In this document: positions 57,901 to 64,000 of the stretch, one piece after another
How the letters are laid out: every line of letters begins with the position of its first letter
Numbering within the stretch: position 1 is the stretch's first letter
IMG/VR virus record: IMGVR_UViG_3300034418_003613
Span: 1 to 64,000 of that record
Source of the DNA: a virus
Strand: one strand, 5' to 3'
Length of the DNA: 64,000 nucleotides
Notes under the pieces: generated by a model
Seen by the model: only the letters and a program-made list of their open reading frames with translations
What the model was told of the DNA's origin: nothing
The model's database searches: none
Translations under genes and position numbers: made by a program

Positions 57901-60808
57901 GTTAAACGATCAAACCTTTAATGACTTTGGAGTTACCAAGGATGATATTGGTCAATATAGAACTCAGTATGTAATTTCTGCATTGATTACAGCAATGACG
58001 GACAACGCCAAAGAACGTCTGGCAGCTAAGCTTGGTTTGAATAAAAACGCATTATCTGTAGTAGCTAACATGACAGCATTGGGTGTACCTATTAAGACAT
58101 CTATTCTTCTTGTTAACCATCCTATTATTAGAGCTCTCTATTTTCAGGCTATAAATAAAGAAAAAAAGACTTCTCCCGGAATTGCTACATTAGTTTCAGA
58201 CCGAATGAGCGATCTTATTAAGGCTTATCCAGAACTGGAAGAAAATATACCTCAAGTCAATGATGATCTTTTAATTCAAGAGATAGATAAGAATAGATCT
58301 TTGATGACGGTAGAGACTCTCACGAAAGCAGTAAAAGAAGAAGAGGAGATTACAAAAAGTGACGTTGCTGAGGAATATGCTATTCTAAAACAGTTTCAAA
58401 TAGCTCATAACATCAAAGAGTATACTAGTAATATTGGAGCGATTCTAAGTCTTACTAAAGGGTTAGGTCAAGATCTGACTAGTGTGGATGAAACTCATCA
58501 ACAAATTGAAAACTTAGGTTTATATCTTGATTCCAAAGATTATGCTATTTATGAAGAGACTAGAATTAAAAGCCAGCTTCCTGCTATAGATGTAAGACCT
58601 CTTATGAAAGACACATGGCAAGGAAGGTTTTTAGAAATCTTTAATGAGATTAACGATACTGTTTTGCCTGCGGTCATGCTTACTCGGACACCAATCTTTA
58701 AACAGGTATACTTTAATCTACTCCGTAATATTGATAACTATAAAGCGGCAAGAGATACTAGATTTAAAGACAAGTTAAGGGTAGACCTTTTAGCGTATCT
58801 AACTATCAAGGGGTACGAGCATAACATGATGGAGGAAGATTCAAAGCATGCTGGATCTTTAAATAATAGTATGATATACCCACAGCTAGAGGGGGAGAAA
58901 ATTACAAACGTAGTTGAAAAGTTAAGAAAGGAGTATCCTGGAAACTTCTTCTTAGAGAGTTTTGTAATTCTAAACCGAGCACGTCAGGAGGGTAATAAGA
59001 TAGGTATTGATGCAGCTGAGGCTAATACATTTAACAGAATGAGTGATTCTGATAAGATGGAGCTACAGACATCCTTTGCCATAATCTATGGTGATCCTGA
59101 AACAAGACCTGAGGCAATGAAGCTTATTCATTACATGATGGTCAAAGATGGATTGTCATACAGAAGCGGAAGCTTACTAGATGCTATTACACCATTTACA
59201 TATGAGAAGTTTTTGAATCAGATCAATACTGTTCAGAAAGCTGTAGGTAAAGATAGTACTGCTGAATTGTTTAGCGGAACTTTTGGTATGTCTCTGGATG
59301 AGTTGACTAGAGAATTCATACAAGGTTACATGGGTCACGTTAGTACAAAAGATAATCTTGCTACTATTAGAAGTGGTGTAAAAATCTATAATCCTTTCCA
59401 AGGTAAAGTGGAAGTACAATCTAAGATTTATACCCCTCATCAACTTGAACGTAATGAGAATACTCTGTACATCTTTGGTGATAATGCTGCTCAGAATGGT
59501 CTCGAAGGAAATAAAATAGCTAGGCAATATGGTAATAGCTTTGGCATTCCTTATAAGAAGCTTCTCTCAGATGCAGAGGGCACCTACTATACAGATGAAG
59601 ACATTGACGATTACACTGTAATGTTGGAAGAGACATTCGATGTCTTAGAGCGTTTAATGAATCAGTATGATACTACAGTTTTCCCACAATATATCATACC
59701 TAAAAGTGAGCTCAAGAATATTGAGAAGAATAGCCCTAAAGTTTTTAAAGAACTAAAGGCTGCATTAAAGGTAAGATTTGGTTATGATCTTCTTGGGAGT
59801 AAGAGCAAGCCTAAGCCGGCACAAAAAGCTAAGGGTTATGTCTATATAGATAAGAGTACAGACACATCTAGATTGATTATGAGTGTGAAACCTGGTATGC
59901 AACCTTTAGTGACAGATCAAAGGTTTGCTAGACGCCGCGTTTCAATAACAGGTTCTGATCAAAAACAGAGAATGAAGAATGAAGCCAAGATAGATGAAGC
60001 ATTTTCTGGACTAAATGGTTTTGGAACTAGAAATGTTAAGTTAAAACTGAAGGATAAGGATTCTTACTTTAAAGAGTTTGTAGTAAAAGAGATAATAAGA
60101 GTTAATATAGGTAGTAAAGATGCACCAAAATATGTATATTTTAGATTAGCAAAGTTTCAAAGTGCTGTAGAGCCTACACCTAATATGTTACCTAGTGCTA
60201 ACTATGCTGAGTATGTTGAGTTTGATCCAGAATTTTCTAGAGGTCAATGGGCTGGTGGTTTTATGTTTGGTGAAAGCGTATCTAACAAAGACATACAGAA
60301 GTATATTAAGGAAAACAATGATGGGCTGGGTACTATTCTTGATGAGGATATAGATGCTGCTTTAGATAACATTGACTTTGATGGAGATCCTAGCCAGAAT
60401 GCTGCTAGTAAGAATGCTGCTGATGGAATTAAAAGCGGTCTTCCTGTAGATTATGACGGTAAGAATGTTAATGTTGGTGGTAAACCTGCTGATCAAGTAT
60501 CAGACAAAGATGTAGATGCGGCTGCTGATCAGGCTGCTGACCCAGAGAGAGACCCGACACCTGAAGAAATAGACGCAGGTAATGCTGCTCTTGCCAGTTT
60601 ACTAGGTAATCTTGGACCATCAGATGAAACTACCTATCCTGAGTTAACAAGCTTCTGGGATGAAAACATTCAGCAGGATAAGGATGCCTTAGATAAGTTA
60701 TCTAATCAAGGAATTAATAACTTAGAAGATTTTATAGATAAGTTTAAGAATGGCATTTATGCAAATGAGGAGGCTTATATAGATCAAATTAAAAAGTGTA
60801 TAATTTAA
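45986..60808 (+). CDS. giant virion-packaged RNA polymerase polyprotein (crAss-like two-barrel RNAP) with zincin-like domain
   Basis: RIPSQ (57086) then GADFDIDKL (DFDID 57203-57217) form the crAss-type catalytic DxDxD motif. ADAQ near 55700, HEAFH at 52190-52204 and hydrophobic N-terminal segments are also present. Confidence 0.9.
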   Translation: MDLPNEPNVEQDSKVPGAIDIPPSVPTDNFVFQPSDSWLDTPMTQEFTATLDPDYVAQIEHYKPIIDRYAPGSLANFNTPFPGQSVNQYNPVSQQTAPDISTAEGALRDLQMTLDQGMSVDAMGTVKQRKIQDPIFASRKASQFDRYYEHPKFAELGFHPYANNEQFYNTNSDIFDDMSRMSGQFGQLVGSGFISTYRSIGDLFDQDESYFTQPDLQTADEFEEAMAIGMSTREGVGAFANNLLLNSGYTVGIIGSIALEELVLAGLTAVTGGAGSAALAAGTARNVGRLGQVVANSFKLPRLAKATRQMLQTLNQTDNARDFWKATKSGEWGIMGTLFAPETMAAVKSLKTGKNAAQNLTNLAKAQNVFGGFYRDLRAVNLAFAESKLEGGMVYNQQIQNGLAIQEAKGDLSPEALDRVREGADRAAFGTIMMNAPLIYFSNRLVLDNALGGFNKSLGRLMNDKITGVGRKIIQTTKTIGKDGKIARDVFDIAEDGLKGYLKRMKAAGVKGSLRLGAGASLRYFAANVAEGIQEIGQEAIGFGTKQYYSNLINDPMYGGAEMVGTAISSAVDSQFSEQGVETFLSGFLMGGVVQGPQKLLFQGMPNLYTRVATPEKYKEYKENKKKFYDSLKETHNKAWNAMAEDPNAVFDPNKLNFLVQKEVAAEMKRSAYADDQFGFMDAKDFGKFQQMFTIMQNGTSDLFRKQLQDYLNLTDEELVQAFPVSKNEVKSGKLRERIQDMITQIDKTEEAYNKNKDKFENPFDPQKFDKDSREYRDEQLKQIAYEHARYLYMFTEDGFNRALERADTIYNELASDPILSKIAANDITVLLDQDTLAKEVETLMLEIATLEDTGENKKLKEQKLERLTKLQALYGILSDPENLTSKGVFDRRKINKVTKAFEAYVQYLADTKDGFVDRKRIQEVLKKIVDYKALKGRARVYDKAIQYLSNPKNLDDIVARQYEINKQIFKRNKSEYIERVKKYVNKNEANTLLNELVKLGVYPDAEQATEFLKTGDVRYLSIFFTEQGMVDPKFDRELYQQIVEKLDVYKQSTEVEEEQTAEEKEVSADTKKSTDKIDEVLDNAGVDAPRSQTFGSTKKVNPVGKTLLQKLYLKYRTNQANLAKKAKNWSSWLNTKEAQVANRAYEALKQMWYAEIEGKYKTQKALDAAYKSDKGFIKWLALQETNPDVIDILEESGLAFSDFYNTSTSEEVADTVDAESFDGEVVEGNIPGSSYVIVKYSTVDETGNPVTYYQIKTRDNKDLSDEIVKTAGISPGATFPTLNKASKARAKLEEEAPAATTFDFDGVEGLYRGATVTDENGKEYVITSSAKSIQKYKNLSLIPIDKVDLKGKERKEATIIVKPGKFKNNYELEKIGFEALPKNVSRLTLAEAVRAYGHQNRRGKANEESREDAGKRIDAIVETLTPEELGQLELVITRNPNGGEVIQDEFAYEDQEANPLISRVVELYTIGLRISDPDIQKKVNKALKEKGIEKSDSSEGFFAYMPNSNVQIRNAEGKVIDPRQIDDQTAKNTFFSTLPVPNALSIIRDNFTIQKNLIRFVAEKLGDADSVTIPYSELEQSGNFSIVRNNGSFDLNSDPKSLKDLAYHTVDGNIIILDNRKFASKEGEVTRRTDIKTNIDDVDQEPTNEKLKEMLGESLYNKARNMGAYVAIIKSPNGQYTLAELKPTQATEEEAVGLFEELVKRAAQTRQENLSDPEDITSDRKDLSYNVEWNKDFKTRLYIKTKPGFDVQIQVDPSGKISLNVYDKNKEEPVLKHTKKSKGKEGKPAPIVFHHSAIETIVDSGDYAAALDNLFDTFNQQEAAKALGLKLEKSNISKSFEKQADVDTIIENTTTTLDDRVRFNYRLTLQQDSADIEAGRNVPDQVDESNKETKEEQKDNETLEEKIERMSQENEAASNEAAETEDPEVQNELSIKELKALKKARRLEIIEEQKNLPKDQRQKNLNKYIQNDPEIKRLTNLIANNSANKIVSPNLSFSDVEDINVFKSWAENALPDFISIDDITTLGDNLKAGGVRVGAFVLDLHDIAGNTTVKGTIYTGASNPFRYHEAFHSVFRLLLTDQEIDKYLGIARREVREKLRREGKNFKTELEKFRNSADTYTNMSEARLIQEYYEEYLADQFELFKTNPRATQTSSENKSLFTRILEWIRAVLGNYTKNELTELFENIDAGKYKSASTVINRFTDAAIQGVTIQANALLPYDEIKSDDGTSYKLYISAEAASSLVRSMSAIYIQREENNTDPNKTRDNLLDEVIEDFQKLYDWQDPMNEDLDPDQIDSMLNYESVFVGYRDALKRSLKKYLALVDISFDEQIYVAEQKEDNEGLRGVDDWDKDASLIGGFSSLSASLRRFIMSTTVAESDVFGHTEVKKGEKLIVPVNFNEAYNGLLKAVRSTTDPGALLRQMYLFGQNNPQTEAVVNRLFSAIGVTYEQILTEENWESGVKRPLFFNSVIKGLENFRVDYLFIHRDSGSGRIYTYSAANRDDANTQIDRWGQAYSRLYRDKLRVDGAFRTEAVNFLDRFYRQLGKNPKSMTDQKLDEEVRKLQTGFREYLGIQLSRQYLELHFINRLQNLTDNQTLRKKEFKDVVTLDQEDVSNMKAAVENNEYLFSTSDTGMQGVLKRISLSNAPFDETVGASVFKNANGDLVFAHQKPTLHLKKVAALNGVDKLEELREKEEIEGVRYLENNYLLNDPAFKEMSLERRLKVTRVSGSKVGKIEAGEDGIEEQGRSEGKTYGDFTAKEFAAALVNAYTNTFNATTGRLDGEITIINDEGKEEKVAVAPVLIRVIEASNTGDMMELPVIKAVELAKNGRVELTDKAMQAFVDNIKNEFKRIQTEISRNPADKRNIEDYYKTEEGKEVGRSVTFHENGTLLQPAKEIDVYSRSATFVTSATAIERLREGTQKALLYAEDTARDVIKFLDTDESRQAFIQEYKNEKNRIETVVNNLGKVKVTKENREAMIELLGDAISNEETDQYKYSYTLGTATYYLESRDLARFLEGRKSMYVYVLSDESFAGTKESEADQALEEVGLTPNNLRDYKTEIEEAIRENPELSFEEVIESLGGMESFEEFLRYRLDMEFKNFRDRAKSLMPESEYSKYITSGLTTKAGVSSGETALSAKRLNLVEGNLEHNLKQIFFNDFINTRAINQILLGDPSISLKDAVDAVKRAKMQNAAYDSAASIISAPEYGVEHPVQQMNLFGFTEPKVAATHNPGDVTKNADAQLWLTLKSFRYMWFGLGKLSATQAQLLDRIEKGEDIPYEELLGNADKSNESFAKVKAMLNSKKFVYGDGKVFVKMSAFTLTKSFTSRQDENGNWVPRANKLALHNLRVKMEQFEEAQWDNGNGVGTIAMAAPVSALKMMKENIQSIDSVLATDTPFTAEQSMQLDANFMGLQTVNPSNKLIITDPNQIKTIVTSEQKDDTEVILNDELTTIGKIRKKYNKAIRDRVSLRYATKRNLIFDFDVEYAMEALGRSKKSGKIEPDLYVYLQYARSALEASNSTSNILEMFSVDKNGQQKYNLNNPQTVKKFEQLFLSFFSKGVFAEKTTGMSVALVSDYGARVYRRVFSVDENGMPDKHEVIRENVWEQMSDKPDVVFNIDDGEKAQDDKNLTGLAAAIKKAGSKGVVIIDRLRSNLKEYDSKGKYTGQRYSEGMLPAHYTEVGDLIANSDRPIPDVVAKMFGVRIPSQDNHSTINIKLVDFLPGFYGSSGIFSRELIEISGADFDIDKLYIQSKNFYVKDDEFIEYGKAKTKNGQYQDYITAMNASVKKPGSDLTQALDRFRRFGGKRQFTKAQRDKLLKAGFTENALKALSATGLPITYAEYQDHKENYGEPYEEAIDNDVLDYKFALMGNEYVTNTPDAEVPISYEPADLKPLTETLKKLAEEVPYFKNIIDNEQMDVDNLLGKLLSFAANKEGAANIGSVVLPNLYLNLLQEYDVKIKHIKQGGQTITANLRLNDQTFNDFGVTKDDIGQYRTQYVISALITAMTDNAKERLAAKLGLNKNALSVVANMTALGVPIKTSILLVNHPIIRALYFQAINKEKKTSPGIATLVSDRMSDLIKAYPELEENIPQVNDDLLIQEIDKNRSLMTVETLTKAVKEEEEITKSDVAEEYAILKQFQIAHNIKEYTSNIGAILSLTKGLGQDLTSVDETHQQIENLGLYLDSKDYAIYEETRIKSQLPAIDVRPLMKDTWQGRFLEIFNEINDTVLPAVMLTRTPIFKQVYFNLLRNIDNYKAARDTRFKDKLRVDLLAYLTIKGYEHNMMEEDSKHAGSLNNSMIYPQLEGEKITNVVEKLRKEYPGNFFLESFVILNRARQEGNKIGIDAAEANTFNRMSDSDKMELQTSFAIIYGDPETRPEAMKLIHYMMVKDGLSYRSGSLLDAITPFTYEKFLNQINTVQKAVGKDSTAELFSGTFGMSLDELTREFIQGYMGHVSTKDNLATIRSGVKIYNPFQGKVEVQSKIYTPHQLERNENTLYIFGDNAAQNGLEGNKIARQYGNSFGIPYKKLLSDAEGTYYTDEDIDDYTVMLEETFDVLERLMNQYDTTVFPQYIIPKSELKNIEKNSPKVFKELKAALKVRFGYDLLGSKSKPKPAQKAKGYVYIDKSTDTSRLIMSVKPGMQPLVTDQRFARRRVSITGSDQKQRMKNEAKIDEAFSGLNGFGTRNVKLKLKDKDSYFKEFVVKEIIRVNIGSKDAPKYVYFRLAKFQSAVEPTPNMLPSANYAEYVEFDPEFSRGQWAGGFMFGESVSNKDIQKYIKENNDGLGTILDEDIDAALDNIDFDGDPSQNAASKNAADGIKSGLPVDYDGKNVNVGGKPADQVSDKDVDAAADQAADPERDPTPEEIDAGNAALASLLGNLGPSDETTYPELTSFWDENIQQDKDALDKLSNQGINNLEDFIDKFKNGIYANEEAYIDQIKKCII

Positions 60809-60811
60809 GTT

Positions 60812-63800
60812 ATGGCTAGATGTCCAAATAGAAATACCCCGGAGTATAAAGCGTTGATGGGAGTATTTAAAACTAACCTGGCGACAGATAATGTTATCAA
60901 TGCCTGGCAAGATTTGAATAAGAGTGAGGCTTTTCCTACAGTAGAGGAGGCTAATGAGTTTATGAGCCGAAACAAAACTCTATATGCGTTAAAGCAAAGA
61001 GAGTTTGGTGAGGCTCTATTAGGTAATCTTAGCAGGCTTAGGTATATCAGCCGGTACAAGGACAAGTACTATGTCAATAACTCTGCTATCTCCACCTGGG
61101 ATAATGAAACTTGGGAGTTCAACCAGAAAGAGTTGGAGAAGAATCTTACTCTTATTAAAAGATACCTGCGTGTAAATAATATTCCAGAGGCTGCTGTAGA
61201 GATCAGAAAGACAAAAAGGAGTTATGAGATCTCAGTCAAGGATAATATGTTCTCACCTAGAGATATCATAGAGATAGAAAAGCAGAGAACATCTCCACGT
61301 TCTCATGCACTTCTTGAGCATCTAACAAAAATCACCCCTGGTTTGAACATTGCTGTAATGACAGTTGGTGAGGCAAGAGCTTTCTATGAGTCATTACCAG
61401 AGGAGCAGAAAGCTAATGTACCTTTTGATAAGGTCAAGTCTTTCTTTGTGAAGGATCAGGTTATCCTTATTAAGGGAAGAACTAGTAATGAAACAGCAAT
61501 AGAAGAAATACTTCATCCATTTGTTGACGGACTACTAATTGATAACCCTGAGCTATTTGACTCTTTATTAAAAGAAGCCAAGACAAACTTTCCTGTACTC
61601 TGGCAAACTATTCAAGATTCATATTCTGATCGTAGAGGGTTTACGCTGCAGCACAGAAACTTAGAATTAGTTACACAAGCACTTTCCAGGCACTTCAATA
61701 AAGAATTTGAGACCACTCCAACCAAGTCTTTTAAAGAGAAGATCAAAGAATTCTTAGAATGGTTTGCTAGCATAATCAAAGACTTCAACAAGTATCTTAC
61801 TGGTGTAGACTTAGTTATCAAGCCTAGTATGATCAAACCCAATGCAACTTTAACTGATATAGCTAAGCTGATAAATACATCAGATATTACTCTTCAGGTT
61901 GATAGGGTTGCTGATTCTAAAGTCCGCTATAGTCTCTCTCCTGAAATGCAGTCAACTCTTGATTATGCATTAAGACAAAGCAATGAGTTACAACAGGCTG
62001 TAATAAAACGCATGTTTAATGCTGCTATGCTAGCTGAGACGGAGTTTGATAGTCTTACAGTTAGTGATGCTAATCCTTCAGAGACTAGCAGTCTTGTAGC
62101 TTTTCATGAGGCTGATCATTCCTATATGGATATAGTAAATGGTGAGCCTTATCTCTCTACTACTACAGCAATCAAAGGTAAGATGGACCCGGAGAAAGAA
62201 GCTGAGGTCCAACTTAATCTAGATATAGGGAATGAGTTTGACATGATGCTTACTGCTATTGCATCAGATAAACTATTTGAAGATATCAAAGATCAGATCA
62301 AACTTCTTGATCCAGTCAAAGCAGAAGCTGCATATTCAACCTTGCATGCAATGTATAGGGCTGTTACACCTGAAGGAGCTGTGGCTATTCCTCAGGTTGT
62401 CTTGCATGATAGAGAAAGTAAGATTGCCGGACTTGCAGATCTTATAGTTATTACTAAAGAAGGTAAGATCAGAATTGTTGATCTAAAGACCAGCAAAAAC
62501 TTTGTTAGAAATAATGAGAGTTATGATGGTACAAAATGGGACTTACCATCAACATCACTGTTAAAGAGAAAAGGTTTTGACAAACTCTCAACTAAGCAGC
62601 AACATAACTTACAAGTGGCTATCTATAGAAGGATGGCTCAGAACATGGGTTATGAGGTTGACCAAAGTGAGTTTGCTTTAACTACAATCCACATCAAAGT
62701 TGATATAGAAGGTAAAGGAAAAGACCAAAAGTTCTTGGGAACATTCCAGGTAGATGATCTAGTACCTCATGCACCAAGTCAGAATCTAAATATGGTGAAC
62801 GCTCTTGTTCCCTTATTTGTAGATCCCGAGGTTAAGGAAGAGCTAGATGAAGAAGCTTTACTTTCTGATGATACACCAATTGATGAGAAGACCTTCTTAG
62901 ATGAGGACGAAGCTAAGATGGATATGCTTGATTCAGCTGGTCTAACTGAGTATGCTGTAATTGGTGGTGCACTGGAAGCCTACAAGGGTGCTCTTATTAA
63001 GAAGCAAAAGGCTCTTGAAATGATCCGCAGTAACATCTTTATGGACAGAAGTAAAGATGAGACTAGAGAATATATCTTCAACTCAATTGCTGCTATTTCT
63101 TTAGCCCGATCACAAGACGGGAAGGTGCAGAGTGCCTTATTTACACAGCTCTTGAAAGACGGTCTACGTGAGGTTAGAAAGTTTGTCCAGTTTATTGAAG
63201 ACCCACAAAACTTTGGTAAGCCCGAGTATATCAGCTATGCTCTGAACTTTGATAGATTTATTGAGACATATAGAGGTCTGTATAGTTTACAAGATACCGG
63301 GGATCTTAACGCTACCCAAAGAAGTTTGATTCTAAACTTTCAGATAGAGCTGAATAAACTTAAGGGTGATAAACAAACTGAAGGCATCATTGATGAAGCT
63401 ATTACCAACTATAGTAGAGAGATAGTTAAGAGTACCTCAAGTAAAGAGTTTACTGAGGCAGAGCTTGATGACCTCTTTACTATGGTTCAAGATATAAGCT
63501 ACCTTGAGTATCAGACCGGAGATCTTGCTACATCCAAGGATACAATCTTGGCTGTGATGGACAAGATATACAAGGCTAAGAAACAAGAGCTTCTAGATAA
63601 ATTAGAAACCAGAGACGCTTTAATACGTCAGAAGGCTGCCCGTTTACAACGCTTATCTCCAAATACAGATCCTCAGGAACTATATAAGTTCATGATTGAA
63701 TTTGATGAGGATGGAGTTCCAACAGGAAGTTATGTCCAAAGACTTGGTAAGAACTACTATGGTAAGTTACAAGAGTTAAGAGAAAAGCTTTTTGATGAGA

Positions 63801-64000
63801 ATGGTCAATGGAAAGAGTATAGGGATGTAACAGATCTAGACACCGCATCAGATGCAGATATTGCTTTCAATAAGGAATTATCAGAAGCTAGAGAAGAGTA
63901 TGGTAACTTCTGGAGAGCTGAGACAAAAGGTTTAGAGGGTAAACCTATATCGGGAAACTACCACTACTACGATAAGAAGTTTACAGATGAAAGAAAGAAG
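60812..64000 (+). CDS. giant virion protein, partial at window end; degenerate zincin-like plus PD-(D/E)xK nuclease domains
   Basis: Absent from the ORF track, consistent with having no stop inside the window. Segments translated by hand: MARCPNRNTPEYKAL..., TAIEEILHPF (EEILH 61502-61516), IAGLADLIV...IVDLKTS...QHNLQVAIY (about 62420-62625). Confidence 0.8.
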   Translation, partial: MARCPNRNTPEYKALMGVFKTNLATDNVINAWQDLNKSEAFPTVEEANEFMSRNKTLYALKQREFGEALLGNLSRLRYISRYKDKYYVNNSAISTWDNETWEFNQKELEKNLTLIKRYLRVNNIPEAAVEIRKTKRSYEISVKDNMFSPRDIIEIEKQRTSPRSHALLEHLTKITPGLNIAVMTVGEARAFYESLPEEQKANVPFDKVKSFFVKDQVILIKGRTSNETAIEEILHPFVDGLLIDNPELFDSLLKEAKTNFPVLWQTIQDSYSDRRGFTLQHRNLELVTQALSRHFNKEFETTPTKSFKEKIKEFLEWFASIIKDFNKYLTGVDLVIKPSMIKPNATLTDIAKLINTSDITLQVDRVADSKVRYSLSPEMQSTLDYALRQSNELQQAVIKRMFNAAMLAETEFDSLTVSDANPSETSSLVAFHEADHSYMDIVNGEPYLSTTTAIKGKMDPEKEAEVQLNLDIGNEFDMMLTAIASDKLFEDIKDQIKLLDPVKAEAAYSTLHAMYRAVTPEGAVAIPQVVLHDRESKIAGLADLIVITKEGKIRIVDLKTSKNFVRNNESYDGTKWDLPSTSLLKRKGFDKLSTKQQHNLQVAIYRRMAQNMGYEVDQSEFALTTIHIKVDIEGKGKDQKFLGTFQVDDLVPHAPSQNLNMVNALVPLFVDPEVKEELDEEALLSDDTPIDEKTFLDEDEAKMDMLDSAGLTEYAVIGGALEAYKGALIKKQKALEMIRSNIFMDRSKDETREYIFNSIAAISLARSQDGKVQSALFTQLLKDGLREVRKFVQFIEDPQNFGKPEYISYALNFDRFIETYRGLYSLQDTGDLNATQRSLILNFQIELNKLKGDKQTEGIIDEAITNYSREIVKSTSSKEFTEAELDDLFTMVQDISYLEYQTGDLATSKDTILAVMDKIYKAKKQELLDKLETRDALIRQKAARLQRLSPNTDPQELYKFMIEFDEDGVPTGSYVQRLGKNYYGKLQELREKLFDENGQWKEYRDVTDLDTASDADIAFNKELSEAREEYGNFWRAETKGLEGKPISGNYHYYDKKFTDERKK

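Noticed and set aside
393-62447. Minus-strand and alternative-frame ORFs in the track
   Set aside because: They overlap longer, motif-bearing plus-strand genes and have shadow-like composition; no minus-strand gene is supported.
1-64000. Stop-codon reassignment (TAG or TGA), known in some crAss-like phages
   Set aside because: Genes up to 4940 codons are open in the standard code. TAG (1762, 23988, 37769) and TGA (4533, 33483) end genes right where the next gene or promoter begins.
1-64000. CRISPR arrays, tRNA/rRNA genes, IS elements, integrase, diversity-generating retroelement
   Set aside because: Intergenic gaps are short (the largest is about 135 nt). I saw no regularly spaced repeats, cloverleaf, transposase, recombinase or reverse transcriptase motifs. 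A tRNAscan/Infernal run would be needed for certainty.

Overview
This 64 kb window is an AT-rich, densely coded, entirely plus-strand segment of a crAss-like (Crassvirales-type) podovirus genome, probably infecting Bacteroidota/Flavobacteriia. The host inference rests on TAnnTTTG-type promoter elements and A-rich leaders without Shine-Dalgarno sequences. It uses the standard genetic code. Gene order: small genes, amidase endolysin, HU/IHF-like protein, PD-(D/E)xK nuclease, terminase, portal, scaffold-like protein, major capsid protein, neck/ring and auxiliary capsid proteins, Cys-rich fibre-like proteins, a metallophosphoesterase, a cluster of small basic proteins, a muzzle-like tail protein with a vWA insertion, several large putative ejected (cargo) proteins, a 4940-aa virion RNA polymerase (GADFDID motif) and a further giant ORF running off the window end. 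Three observations stand out. (1) A hairpin-plus-terminator element at 21394-21457 has a 12-nt loop complementary to an AAAACCAA(C)AAA motif that sits right at the start codons of four genes, suggesting a phage small-RNA translational control circuit. (2) The cargo proteins are built as strings of modules (peptidoglycan hydrolases, a PT-TG-like toxin-type module, a DUF6973-like domain, an outer-membrane beta-barrel-like domain) separated by a recurring short linker motif. (3) A recurrent intergenic TTTGTATATTAT motif is a likely phage-specific promoter. All family assignments come from motif recognition by eye; no database search was run.
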